64,000 bases of DNA, taken from the NCBI RefSeq assembly GCF_009914755.1, contig NC_060938.1. One strand, written 5' to 3'. The notes below the pieces were generated by a model that searched no databases, was not told the DNA's origin, and was given only the letters and a program-made list of their open reading frames with translations. Positions within the stretch are counted from its first letter, which is position 1. Every line of letters starts with the position of its first letter. The stretch is from the human T2T-CHM13v2.0 reference genome, Homo sapiens. A program made the translations under genes and the position numbers. This document shows positions 38,710 to 51,951 of this stretch, piece after piece.

Positions 38710-41089
38710 TGATATGATTTGGCTGTGTGTCCCCACCCAAATCTCATGTTGAATTGTCATCCTGAGTTTTGGAGGTGGGGTCTGTTGGGAGGTGATTGAA
38801 TCATGAGGGTGGTTTCTAATGGTTTAGCACCATCCCCCTAGTGCTGTTTCATGATAGAGTTCTCATGAGATCCAGTTGCTTGAAAGTATGTAGTACTTCC
38901 CCCTTAACTCTCTCTCTCCTGCTCTACCATGTGAGGATGGTGCTTGCTTTCCCCTCTCCTCCCACCATGATTGTTAAGTTTCCTAAGGCCTCCCCAGCCA
39001 TGCTTCCTGTACAGCCTGTGGAACTGGGAGTCAATTAAACCTCTTTTAATCATAAATTACCCAGTCTCAGTTATGTCTTTATAACACTGTGAAAAGGATC
39101 TTATACAGAAATTTGGCACCAGAGAAATTGGGCATTGCTATAATGATACCTAAAATGAGCAGAGGTTGGAACAGTTTGGAGGGCTCAGAAGATAGGAAGA
39201 TAAGGGAAAGTTTGGGGCTTCCTAGAGACTTTTTGAATGGTTGTGACCAAAATGCTGATAGTGATATTGACAGTGAAGTCCAGGTTGAGGAGGTCTCAGA
39301 TGGAGATGAGGAATTTATTGGGAACTGGAGTAAAGGTCACTCATGCTATGCTTTAGCAAAAAGACTAGTGGCATTTTGCCCCTGCCCTAGAGATCAACTT
39401 ATGTTTTAACTTGAGAGACTTGACTTAGGGCATCTGGTGGACAAAATTTCTAAGCAGCAAAGCATTCAAGATGTGGCCTGGCTGCTTCTAATAGCATATG
39501 TTCATGTGCATTCACAAAGAGATGGTCTGAAATTGGAACTTATATTTAAAAGGGAAACAGGGCATAAAAGTTTGGAAAATTTGTGGCTTGACCATGTAGT
39601 AGAAAAGAAAAACCCGTTTTCTGGGAAGGAGTTTAAGCTGGCTGCAGAAATTTGCATAAAGAGGAGCCGAATGTTAATAGCCAAGACAATGGGAAAAACG
39701 CCTACAAGACATTTTGGAGATCTTTCTGGCAGCCCCTCCCATCACAGGCCTGAAGGTCTAGGAGGGAAAAATGGTTTCATGGGCCAGGCCAGGGGCCCCA
39801 CTGCTCTGTGCAGCCTTGGGACATGGTGCCCTGCATTGCGGCTGCTCCAGCTCCAGCCCCAGCTGTGGTTAATAAGGGCCAAGGTACAGCTTGAGCCATT
39901 GCTTCAGAGAGTGCAAGCCTCAAGCCTCAGTGGCTTCCACATGGTGTTGGGCCTGCAGGTGCATAGAGAGTGAGAATTGAGGCTTGGGAGCTTCCACCTA
40001 GATTTCAGAGGATTTATAGAAATGCCTGGATTCCCAGGCAGAAGTCTGCTGCAAGGGTGGAATCCTCATGGAGAACCTCTATTAGGGCAGCGTGGAAGGG
40101 AAATGTGGGGTTGGAGCCCCCACATAGAGTCCCCACTGGGGTACTGCCTAGTGGAGCTGTGAGAAGAGGGCCACTGTCCTCCAGACCCCAGAATGGTTGA
40201 TCCACCAACAGCTTGTACTGTGTGCCTGGAAAAGCTGCAGGCACTCAATGCCAGCCTGTGAAAGCAGCCACAGGGGCTGTACCCTGTGAAGCCAGGGGGT
40301 GGAGCTACCCACACCCACCAGGCATCAGTGTGCCCTGGATGTGAGACATGGAGTCAAAGGAGATTATTTTTGAGGTTTAAGATTTAATGACCACCCTGCT
40401 GGGTTTCAGACTTGCGTGGGGCCTGTACCTCCTTTATTTTGGCCACTTTTTCCCTTTTGGAACGAGAGCATTTACCCAATGCCTATAACTCCGTTGTGTC
40501 TTGAAAGTAACTAACTTGCTTTTGATTTTATAGGCTCATAGGCAGAAGAGACTTGCTTTGCCTTACATGAGACTTTGGAGTTGGACTTTTCAGTTAATGC
40601 TGGAATGAGTTAAGACGTTGGGGGATGTTGGCAAGGCATAGTTGTGTTTTGAAATGTGAGAAGCACATGAGGTTTGGGAGGTGCCAGGGGTGGAATGATA
40701 TGATTTTGTTCTATGTCCCTGCGCAAATCTCATGTTGAATTGTGATCCTGAGTGTAGGAAGAGGGGCCTGTGGGAGGTGATTGGATCATGAGGGCAGTTT
40801 CTAATGGTTTAGCACCATCCCCCTAGTGCTGTCTTGTGATAGAGTTCTCGTGAGGTCGGTTGCTTGAAAGTGTATAGCACTTCCCCCTTAACTCTCTTTA
40901 TCCTGCTCCACCATGTGAGGATGGTGCTTACTTCCCCTTTGCCTTCCACCATGATCATAAGTTTCCTAAGGCTTCCCCAGCCGTGCTTCCTGTACAGCTT
41001 GTGGAACTGGAGTCAATTAAACCTCTTTTATTCATAAATTACCCAGTCTTATGTATGTCTTTCTAGCAGTGTGAGAATGGACTAATACA
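38710..41089 (+). mobile_element. Full-length MSTA-type MaLR provirus (5'LTR 38710-39107, internal 39108-40695, 3'LTR 40696-41089)
   Basis: Two related LTRs; MaLR leader 'gaaatttggcaccagaga'; purine tract 'gggaggtgccaggggtggaa' before the 3'LTR; perfect TSD AATAT. Confidence 0.95.
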
Positions 41090-41841
41090 AATATATATTC
41101 AATATTCAATATATATTCAATGTTTAAATAAGACAACCAGACTTTCTTAGACCAGTGAATGTACAGTCATTGTCTTTTAATATTCATATGTAAATTTTGA
41201 ATTTCAAATGGTATTATGAAAACTAGTGGGGGATATTTAGATCTCCCTTGCAATTTTGGCAGCAGGAGTGACTGTTTTCACAAGCCATGGGCTGAGGATT
41301 AAGATGGACAGCAGGCAGGTTTGGGAATCATATGAGCTGTTAAAGGAAAACTGTGGGAAGATATTCAGAGAGAAAGTGGGCTACACTCATTCCAAGAGGA
41401 GGAGTTGTGGAAATTTCCGAGAAAGGAAAAGAGAGCAAAACTTGAGAAAATAGGATTCCTAGGACCAGTGCCAGGGAAAAGCAACTTCTAGAACCATTCC
41501 AGAAACACTATAGGTGTCAGTAGGTATTTGTTTAATAAGAGAAATAATTAGTAAAGAGATGACTGTGGACATGTTCTAGGCCAGGGGCCTCACAGAGAGT
41601 GGACCTGGGAATAAAGAAACTCTTAGACTACTTTGGGAGAATTAAATGAAATTATTTGTGTGAACTAAGGGCCCATGCCTTGCACATGACAGACACTCAA
41701 AAAATATTAGTTTCCTTCTAGTCCTTAGTTTTTTTTTTCAAAAGTAGAAAAAAGGCGAAAGCTTTGCATTGAATTGTGAGAATAGGTAGATAAAAAGAGT
41801 GGGCTTAAAAGATAATTTTACTTTTGTGGGTTAAGGTGTAG

Positions 41842-42038
41842 AGCAGAACTGTCTCATAGAGCTTTCTGCAGTGATGAAAATATTCTATATCTGCACTGTT
41901 CAATATGTTATCCACAGACCACATATGAATATTGAGTTGTTGGGATATGCTAGAGTGGCTGAAGAAGTAAATCTAAAACTTTAATGTTAATTAATTTAAA
42001 TAGTTTCATGTGGCTGGTGGTTGTTATATTGGACAGAA
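41842..42038. mobile_element. MER3-like hAT-Charlie MITE
   Basis: 'tttctgcagtgatgaaaatattctatatctgcactgttcaatatg...atttaaatag..catgtggctggtgg..atattggacag'. Confidence 0.82.
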
Positions 42039-43281
42039 GGATTTACTTAATATTTATTTGAAGCAAAGTCCATAATATAACATAGTACTTATTAACCTCA
42101 GATATATAATATCTGCATCTTGAAAGCAAGTTTAATTGTTTATTGAGGTACATTAAGCGGGTAGGAGAAAAAGTTAGGCCTATGGCTAACAGGGAGCAAA
42201 TGTAGAGGCCTAAATACAAGCATTAAGACAAAGACTGAAGGACGGGTAGTAATTTAGGGACCAGTTCGTTGCCCTACACAAACAAGACCCTGGTGCATAT
42301 CAGTAACTATGTATCAGAATACTATGGTTTGGATTTGCAAAGAAGTTCAGAGTGCTTTCTAGCCCTGTTGCAGGTAGCAAATTGAACAAAATGAGTATTA
42401 TTTATATTCACCTGGCATAATTTGTTATTCGACTTTTTCTGATGGCAGTCATGGAACTGGAGCAGTTAAACCTCATTCTCCAGGGTACTGGTGCTACTGC
42501 CAAGAGCGGAAAACTTTCATCTTCCAAAACCTCAATCAGCCAGTTTCTCATCTGCATCCCATAAATCATCAAGAAAGAACAAGCTCATTATCTCAGCACC
42601 AGGGACAAAAGTCTTTTACATGACACTGAACTTCTGACTACTGCAAAACATGGCAGCTTGCCATCATATGTTTAACAGGTGTGTTGGTCCCTTTAACAGA
42701 CTGGGCCAGAAGTTTGAGGATATGGTCTGAAATTTCAATTTTGTTACGTGTTGTGACTTGCACTGGGCCCAAATCCAGAGGTAATTGGGCCTAGTGGTCT
42801 GAAGAGTTACTTGGGTGTTCTGTAATTTTAGTAGATTTGGAGAAAGAGAGGTGGGGATGTCTGTCCCTGAAGATATTTTCTCATAGAAGCAAGGAATTAC
42901 AGGAACTTCTCTGTTGTGTTTTGGGTAAGTGTTTCCATGCTGCTACTCTGAATAATAGGGTAGATATTTCCAGGTACAGGCTGTTAAAATTTGCTATATT
43001 ACCTCCATTCTGTATGTAGTTCCTTCTCTACATAACAGTGTTGGTTAGGTAGTGGAACCTTCTAAATGACGCACTATGTGATTCCTGTGTCATATAGAAT
43101 GTTCTATGATTCTTAGCCAGATAATCATATTCCCAGAAAAGGCCTCTCAACTTTCACCTGCCTTTCTAAGGACTGAAATACTCTGAGTGTTGCATAAAGG
43201 GTGTTCCAAATATGGGCATTCACCTGTTTCCTGATTAAAAAAAGATAATTTGGTATGAATAAAAAAAAAGGGACGCTTTGT

Positions 43282-43555
43282 AATGGGTTTGGTAAATCTT
43301 TCCTGTAACAGGTTAGATAATAAATATTTTAGGCTTTTGGGATATGTAATCTTTATTTTAACTACTCAAATGGGCAGCAAAGCAAAAGCAGTATGTAAAT
43401 GAATGAGTATTGCTGTGTTCCAATAAACTTTATGGACTCTGAAATTTGAATTTCATGTAATTTTCACTTGTGATGAAATAGTCTTTCTCTTTTGTGGTTT
43501 TTCAGCTATTTAAAAATGTAAAAACAATTGTAACCTTTCAGACTGTTAAAAAGAA

Positions 43556-43586
<31 letters not shown>

Positions 43587-43640
43587 CAACGAAAATGGCA
43601 GGCCAGGTTTGATCTGTAGGCAGTAGTCTAGTGACTACCA
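43282..43640. mobile_element. MER58B-like hAT-Charlie MITE
   Basis: 'agataataaatattttaggcttt...gctgtgttccaataaactttatggactctgaaatttgaatttcatgtaattttca...ggcaggccagg'. Confidence 0.85.
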
Positions 43641-44545
43641 ACTCTAAGATACACACATAAGTAAATAGAGTGTAAATGTTTCATACAAATTATTATAGAT
43701 ATTACCAGGTTGTAGCCTTTTAGAGTGAAGGAAGACTTTATATTTCCACCTTTATTTATAGAATTCAAAACCACAGTTTGTTTATAATGAGTACATTTGT
43801 GAGTATTTTTTTAAAAATGAAAGAAGAATAAAGCGTAGTTTTATGGCCCAGTAGAAAAGATAACTGAAAAGATAACTGTCTTAGGAGTCCAGAATTTTTT
43901 GCTCAGCTTTGACTCTAGGTAAGGGCTTATAATACTGAATTTTCTTATCTCTAAAATGAGAATGATGCTGGCTCTCCCACTCTCATAGGGCTGTTATAAA
44001 AACCAAATGAGATTGTGCTTTGGAAAATGCTTGCAAAAGATCAAGTGCTACATGTGTGTAAAATAATTTTCCAGGAATATCCCCAAAGTTTTTGGGCTGG
44101 TATATCATATAATTTCTTTCAGTAATTGTGTGGAAAAATACTTTATAAATGCATAGATATAGATAGATATTTTCATATAATACATGCAGTGATGATCTGA
44201 TGAGAAAAATGATGTACCCTGAATGTTTTATCTTTTAATAGCACTGGCAATCTTGATATGCATGAATCTTTTAAAACCATGCTACAAACCTCTGTTTCAT
44301 TTAGAATATTATGTCTTTTTTGACTTACCCCAAACCCCAAAATGACCAAATGGGAATGAAATATGCCAGCATGCACCTCATGCCTGGGAAGATACATAAA
44401 ACAATGGGTTGAGGATTGGATTAAAGAAAGACAAAGGCCTTCACACAAGTGATTCTTCCTAAAATTGAAAGGTTACCAGCTAACAAGATAGGAAGGTAGT
44501 CTCTTTGACCTTCTGCTATTCAGAGAGATATTGGCAATAAACAAT

Positions 44546-44549
<4 letters not shown>

Positions 44550-44575
<26 letters not shown>
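44550..44575. repeat. (TG)13 microsatellite
   Basis: Counted directly. Confidence 0.95.
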
Positions 44576-44583
<8 letters not shown>

Positions 44584-46250
44584 TAGTGTAAGTGTAAATG
44601 AAAGTGAAAGGACATATACAATATACTACAATGAGGGAATAATTTCAAGTGTAAAAAATGTTCATCTTAAAATCATTCAGTTTGTTTCATTTTAATTTAA
44701 TCAATTTTGTCAATGGCTTTTTTTTTTTACCTGCAAGGAATAATTCACTGAAGACCAGAAAATATTTTGTAAAGGGTAAATTTTTGTTTATGTTTCTTAG
44801 TATATGAAATCGCTTGTCCCCTAAATGGAGAGTTTTAATTAAAATAAACGAGAAACCAGGGAAGCAAAGGAGAAAGACATTTAAGCATATTTTTCTTGTG
44901 TAAGGTTTTTCATGTTTCCTTCATAAAAGTTGAATTTCCCTTCTGGGCTTTGCAGTATAGTTTGTATAATTATTCTGGAGAAATGAGAAATGTGAGAAGG
45001 AGAATGGTGTATTTGAGAACTAACCCGAAATATTTGCTACATGCGGCTGATTTCAGTTAAGTCTCCAAGCACCACAATAATGGTGTAGATGTCATGAATG
45101 ATGATGGTTTGAAGTTTTATATTACCCACTTCTGACGCTCATTTTCAGTTGGTTTCTGTAGCATTACAGTTGGTTTCTGTAGCAACTTGTTTTTACTCAT
45201 TCTGCTGGAGATGTATATATAGATATGTATGTATACGCACATATATATATTTAAATATTCCTTATCCTTTTTCATTCTTCTGTATTTTTAATCTTAATAT
45301 ATTTTTAACAAGGGTGATACATAACATAAGGTAATATAAGGTAATATGTAATTTAATGTAATATAAGGCAATATAGTAACATGCCTAACATTTTCTGATT
45401 TGGATGCATGTCTGTGATATTGGCAGCCACACTCAGGAAATTTGATTTCAGGTGAGACAGACCTAATGCTTGTCTGTAATGCACAGTGTGATGAAAGAGC
45501 CTTTAGTGATGGGTCAATGCTAACGAAAGTTTTTCTCATTAGGTATACACTGCATAGTCTGGCATAGCTGTTGCTAGCTTTAGCTTTAATGAGAGAAGAC
45601 CATAGCACACATTAATCTCAGATTCAAAATTTCATAGTGTAGAACTTGTAGAGACTATAAAACCTAATGATGCCAAATATATGAGTTCAGAAACCTCCAT
45701 CCACTCTGCCATCTTGTTATATCAGAAACCCACTGAAGGATCAGTGAAACAGTTCAAAAGGGGGACACAATGTATTAAATTCCAAATCCTTAGGCATAGT
45801 TTGAAAATTTGAATCCAATTTAAACTAAAAGAGTTTCATAAATTTTTCTGTTTACCCTGGGTTCGTAGTCTATTAAGGTCAATGTAAAGTGCCTGTACCA
45901 GGAAGAGAGAGACACCACTTCCCCAGTGGATGAAAAATAACTATGGAGTCAGACTTACGTGATTTTAGTCTCAGTTTTGTGCCCTGCAAGCTGAGCAACC
46001 TTGAACAAGCTACTTGTTGTTTTAAACTTTGGCTTCTCCCTATTTAAAATAGGGATTAAAATGGTACCTTCTGGGGAAAATCCAATGAGGTAAAGCATAT
46101 ATAATACTTAGCACATTTAATGTGCTTAGTACAGTGCCTGGCTCATAATGAACACCCAGTAAATGCTATTAGTTATTCAAAGAATAGTGTAAGTCCTTCT
46201 GGGGCAGTACAAAAAAAAAAGGTTCTGCCTGCTTTCAAGGAATTCATGTT

Positions 46251-46298
46251 TGTGTGTGTGTGTGTGTGTGTGCGTGCGTGTGTGTGTGTGTGTGTGTG
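46251..46298. repeat. 48-bp alternating purine-pyrimidine (TG/CG) microsatellite
   Basis: (TG)n interrupted by two CG steps, seen directly. Confidence 0.95.
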
Positions 46299-46590
46299 GA
46301 GACAGAAGCCTTAATCTCAGGAATGATCACAGGAACAGCGTCAGAATGTGTATCACTGAGGGACCCCAGAATAGATGTGGCCAACTGGGAGTATATTAAG
46401 GATTCCAAGGAGGGAAAAATCACAAGGGGATAGAGTCACCTGGAAGACTTTCTTAAGGTGGTAATTGAGCTGGGCCTTGCAAAATTTAATAGGCCTGGAG
46501 AAGGCAACTGAGTTGAGGGTATTTTAGGCTGGGGAAGTGGAAACCATGTCCTAATAATGTCTAGCTGATATAGGTCTGAACTTTATGTGA

Positions 46591-46936
<346 letters not shown>

Positions 46937-47504
46937 CACATTCTTTTAAACAAGCAGACCTTGTGTGAACTCAGAGTGAGAATTCACTCATGACCAAGCC
47001 ATTCATGAGGAATCCACCCCTGTGACCCAAACACCTCCCACTAGGACCCCCTCCAACATTGAAGCTCACATTTTAGCTTCAGATTTGGAAGGGACAAACA
47101 TCCTCACATATTCCACCCCTGACTCCCCAAATCTCATGTCCTTCTTACTTTGCAAAATACAATCATGCTTTTTTAATAGTCCTCCAAATTCTTAACTGGT
47201 TCCAGCATCACTCAAAAGTCCCACGTCGCAAGTCCAAAATCTCATCTGAGACTCAAGGCAAAGTTCCTTCTACCTATGAGCCTGTAAAATGAAAACAAGT
47301 TATTTACTTCCAAGATACAAAGGTGGTACAGGCATTAGGTAAACCTTCCCATACCAAAAGGGAGAAATCAGCCAAAGGAAAGGGGCTATAGGCCCCCCGC
47401 AAGTCCAAAACCTTGTAGGGCAGACATTAAACCTTAAAGGTCCAAAATAATCTCTCTTGACTTCACATCCTGCATTGTGTGTACGTTGGTGTAGGGGGTG
47501 AACT

Positions 47505-50150
47505 CACAGATAAGGCATTCTGTGAGTCCACAGATGGTAATCTTGGCAGAAGCACTGCGTGCAGGATAGGCAAACCCATATCCAAAGTAAGTGTCTACAC
47601 CTGTGAAGACAAACCAAATCACTGCCCTTTCCATGATGGAAGAGGTTCAATATAATCACCAAGTGGCTGACTGCCACCAAGTAGCTTGCTGCTCACCATG
47701 AGGAATGGTGCCATATTGAGGGCTCAATGTTGGTCTCTGCTGCTGGCTAATTGGGCACCCAGCAGTGGCTGTATTCAGGTCTGCCTTGGTGAGCGGAAGT
47801 CTTTGTTGCTGAGCCCATGCACACCTCCATCCCTGCCACCATGGCCACTTTTTTATGGACCTATTGGGCAATGACAGGGGTGGCTGGGGAGAGAGGTTGA
47901 GTGGTGTCCACAGAAAAAGTCATCCTATCCACTTAATTATTAAAATCTTCCTCTACTGAGGTCACCCTTTGGTGAGCACTCACATGGGATACAAACATCT
48001 TCAAAGTTTTTGACCACTCAGACAGATTTATCCACATACCTCTTTCCCAAATTTCCTTGTCACCAATTTTCCGATTATGCTTCTTCCAAGTCCCTGAACA
48101 TGCAGGCAAACCACTGACTACAGTCCATGAATCAGTATATAATCGCACATCTGGCCATTTCTCCTTCCAAGTAAAGTGTACAACTGGGTGCACTGCTCAA
48201 AGTTCTGCCCACTGAGAAGATTTCCCTTCACCACTGTCTTTCAGGGATGTCCTAGAAAGTGGCTGTAGTGCTATAGCTGTCCACTTTTGGGTGGTGCCTA
48301 CATATCGTGCAGAACCATCTGTAAACTAGATCCTAGTCTTCTCTTCCTCTGTCAACTCATCATAGGGAACTCCTCATGAGGCCATCAGTGCAGGTGGGAG
48401 AGAGAAGGCAGGGTGGCAGGAGTGGAGACTATGGGCATTTGAGCTGCTTCCTTATGTAACTTGCTTGTGCTTTCAGGATCTGCTTGAGCGTGATCACTTA
48501 TATTCCACTTCCATTTGCTGATGGAATGCTACTCTGCACATCCTACTTTATGGCTAAATGAGTCAGAAAGCATCCAGTTCATGATAGGCAGTTCAGGTCG
48601 TGTGGTGACTTGATGACCCATAGTCAAACATTTAGTTTCTACCACAGTCCAGTAACAGGCCAACAGCTGTCTCTCAGAAGAAGAGTAGTTATCTGCAGAA
48701 GATAGCAGGTTCTTGCTCTAAAATCCTAGAGTACTCCATTGTGATTCACCTATGGGGCCTGCCAAGGGTTCCAAACAGCATCTCTATCTGCCACTGACAC
48801 CTCAAGAACCATTAGATCTACTGGGTCATATGGCCCAAGTAGCAGGGCAGCTTTCACAGCAGCCTGGACCTGTTGCAGAACCTTCTCCTGTTCTGGATCC
48901 CACTCAAACCTGGCAGCCTTTTGGGTCACTTGATAAATGGGCTAAAGTAACACACCCAAATGAGGAATGTGTTGCCTCCAAAATCCAAATAGGTCCACTA
49001 GGCATTGTGCCTCTTTCTTGGTTGTAGGAGGGGCCAAATGCAGCAACTTATCCTTCACCTTAAAAGGAATATCTTGACATGCCCCAAACCACTATACTAC
49101 TAGAAATTTCATTGAGGTAGAAGGTCCCTGAATTTTAGTCAGATTTATTTCCTATCCCCTGGCATGCAAATGTCTCACCAATAAGTCCAGTGTGTTTGCT
49201 ACTTCTTGCTCACTGGATCCAGTCAGCATAATGTCACCAATGTAATGGACCACTTGATATCTTATGGAAGGGAAAAGTGATCAAGGTTTCTGCAAGCAAG
49301 AGTATGACACAAAGTCGGAGAGTTGATGTACCCCAGAGGTAGGACAGTGAAGGTATATTGCTGGCCTTGCCAGCTGAAGGCAAATTGCTTCTGGTGGGCC
49401 TTATGGACAGGAATGGAGAAAAAAGCTTTTGCCAAATCAATGGCTGCATAGCAGGTACCAGGAGATGTGTTAATTTGTTGAAGGAATAAAACCACATCTG
49501 GTACAGCAGCTGCAATTGGAGTCACCACTTGGTTAAACTTATGATAATCCACTGTCATTCTCCAAGATCCACCTGTCTTCTGCACAGGCCAAATAGGAGA
49601 GTTGAATGGGGATGTGGTGGGAATCATTACCCCTGTGTCCTTCAAGTCCTTGATGGTGGCACTAATCTCTGCAGTCCCTCCAGGGATGTGATATTGTTTT
49701 TGATCTAGCATTTTTCTAGGTAGAGGCAGCTCTAATGGCTTCCATTTAGCCTTTTCAACAATAATAGCCCTCACCCTACCAGTCAGGGAGCCAATGTGGG
49801 AATTCTTCTAGCTGCTACATACATCTGTGCCGATTATGCATTCTGGCACTGGGGAAATTACCACAGGATGAGCCCAGGGACACACTGGACTCAGTGTAAG
49901 TCAGACCTAAACTAAAACTCCATTAATTACCTGACCTCCACAAACCCCTACTTTAACTGGAAAACCACAATGATGTTTTGTGTTCCCTGGAATCAACACC
50001 AGCTCAGAGTCAGTGTTCAGTACTCCCTAAAAGATCTGATCATTCCCCTTTCCCCAGTGCACAGTTACCCTGGTAAAAGGCTGGAGATCTCCTTGAGGGA
50101 AGATGGGAGAAAGATTAACAGTATAAATTGTTGGTAGTGTAGTGTGTCAT
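47505..50150 (-). pseudogene. pol: HERV-L pro-pol remnant (protease, RT, RNase H, 3'-truncated integrase); inactivated
   Basis: RT peptide [56 protein letters not shown] (ORF 49262-49774); RNase H FTDGS and LYTDSW; stops and frameshifts; YIGD instead of YIDD at 49233-49244; NTD instead of DTG at 50009-50017. Confidence 0.92.
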
Positions 50151-51890
50151 TCCTCAAGGGGACCCAAGCTCACCTTCATTTAAGGGGTTCTGGGTCTTTA
50201 AACTGATTCAAGTCTGGAGATTGATTGAGGGGCTGAAATTCTCTGTTTTTATAATTCAAATTAGTCTTTTGTCCACTCAACCTGGAAGTTTTCTGCTTAT
50301 ACAAATTAAATAAGAATGTGGAAGGCTTCCCATCAGCTTCACTTCTAGGAACACCATGATTAAATAGCCAATGCCAAAGCTCTACACAAGTCAGACTAGT
50401 CTGATTGCTGCTTTGCCTCTACTTTCCATTATAGTAACTATCTCATCTTGCTGTTGACGGTTGAGTGCCGCCACTTGGCCCCTGTCACCTCAGGATTTAA
50501 TTATTCCCATTGTGTTTAAGTTCTCAGTTGAGTGACTGCAGTTCCCACTGTAAGATCTGGCATACAGAGAAGGGAAATCACAGAGCTCTTCAAGGATGCA
50601 TGTGCTGCCCTCACAAATCTATTTTGCAAGGTATTGGTGAAGGGTATGTCTTCTGGACCCTCCCAGTTGGGATGAGTAGGTCTAAAATGACTAATCCACT
50701 CGCATTCCAATCTCCCTGAGCCTTTGGATTTCTTTCTTTGTATTAAGTCAATGGAGATAGGTATTTCCAGCCCACTCACAATGGGCCATCTTTTGATCCA
50801 TGTTTCAGCTAACCAAGCAAATATACTATTATAACCTTTTTAACTCCCTGAGCTGCAACATTAAATGTAGAATCTGTGCTTAGTGAGCCCATAGCAATAA
50901 ATTCAGCCTGATCCAATTCTGTGTTCCTTCCACCATTATCCCACACCCTTAATATCCATTTCCATGCCTGTTCCCCAGATTTCTGCTTATATAAATTAGA
51001 AAGCTTGAGCAGTTTTTTTGGAGTGTAGTGCACCTCATTGTGGGTCACACTTTGAACTTCACCTCTAGGAGTCTGCTGGGTCTTGAGTCTAGTTATAGGT
51101 CTAGAAGTAAACAGCCGTGTTGGGAATGGGTCCTGAGGAAAATCAGCATTGTTTTGCCTGGCAACTGCATCAGCCATCACTGTTGCCTCAGGCAGTGCAT
51201 GGTTAATCTCCTCAGACAAAGGTGAAAAGGCTGATGGCAGAGTGGGTTGGGGAGGGGATGTTGCCACCACTGGGGTTGGGGAGGCTGTCTCCTCTGGGAA
51301 AAAAGTCTCATCAGAATGTAGGAGCTCAGTGCTCTCAGCCTCATCTGGGTCCTCCCACACGTCTCCATTCCAAGTTATAGGGTCCCATTCTTTTCCAATC
51401 AACGCCCTCACCTTAACAAACGGTAGACACCTGGCAAGACTGAGCATGTACCTTTCATTGCAGGTCAGTCACTTTCATGATGAGAACTTGTGTCTGATCT
51501 TCCACAATTGCAGGTCTTTGTCTGCAGGAGATAGGACTCTCTCACTCAGGGCAATCTTAGAAGATTTGAAGCTCGGTATGTGCTTCTGGAGCAGGGAGTT
51601 AGAATCCCTAAGCTCATCATTTTCTTTCATCACTTTGTAAACTTAGAAGAAACCCACCAATTTCATAATATTCCTTGGTTCTCCACATATGGTCAAAGAT
51701 ATATATAGAGTCACTAAATTTCTTGCCTCTCAAGAGCAGTGAATCAGGAGTATCAAATGCACTTGTTTTGCATAACTCTCCAAACAGTTCATGCCAAAGA
51801 CTATCAGTGTTCTCCATACTATTCGAAGTACAGTCCTTAACATTTTTGGGTCTAATCAGATTAAGCAGTCAATTCCAGAAACCCCAAAAC
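50150..51890 (-). pseudogene. gag: HERV-L gag remnant; frameshifted
   Basis: ORFs 51617-51817 (MENTDSLWHELF), 50809-51447 (VKVRALIGKEWDPITWNGDVW; YKQKSGEQAWKWILRVWDNGGRN) and 50516-50779 are ERV-L Gag pieces in different frames. Confidence 0.88.
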
Positions 51891-51928
51891 CAACTAAAAA
51901 AATCCATCCTTAAAATTCTGTTCCTCCA

Positions 51929-51946
51929 GAACCATTTCTGGTACCA
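51929..51946 (-). promoter_or_regulatory. HERV-L primer binding site (tRNA-Leu type, diverged)
   Basis: Minus strand reads LTR-end-GATTT-TGGTACCAGAAATGGTTC immediately after the MLT2 LTR. Confidence 0.7.
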
Positions 51947-51951
51947 AAATC

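Noticed and set aside
44189-44222. C/D-box snoRNA (GTGATGA...CTGA)
   Set aside because: Only ~34 nt from box C to the last box D and no convincing terminal stem.
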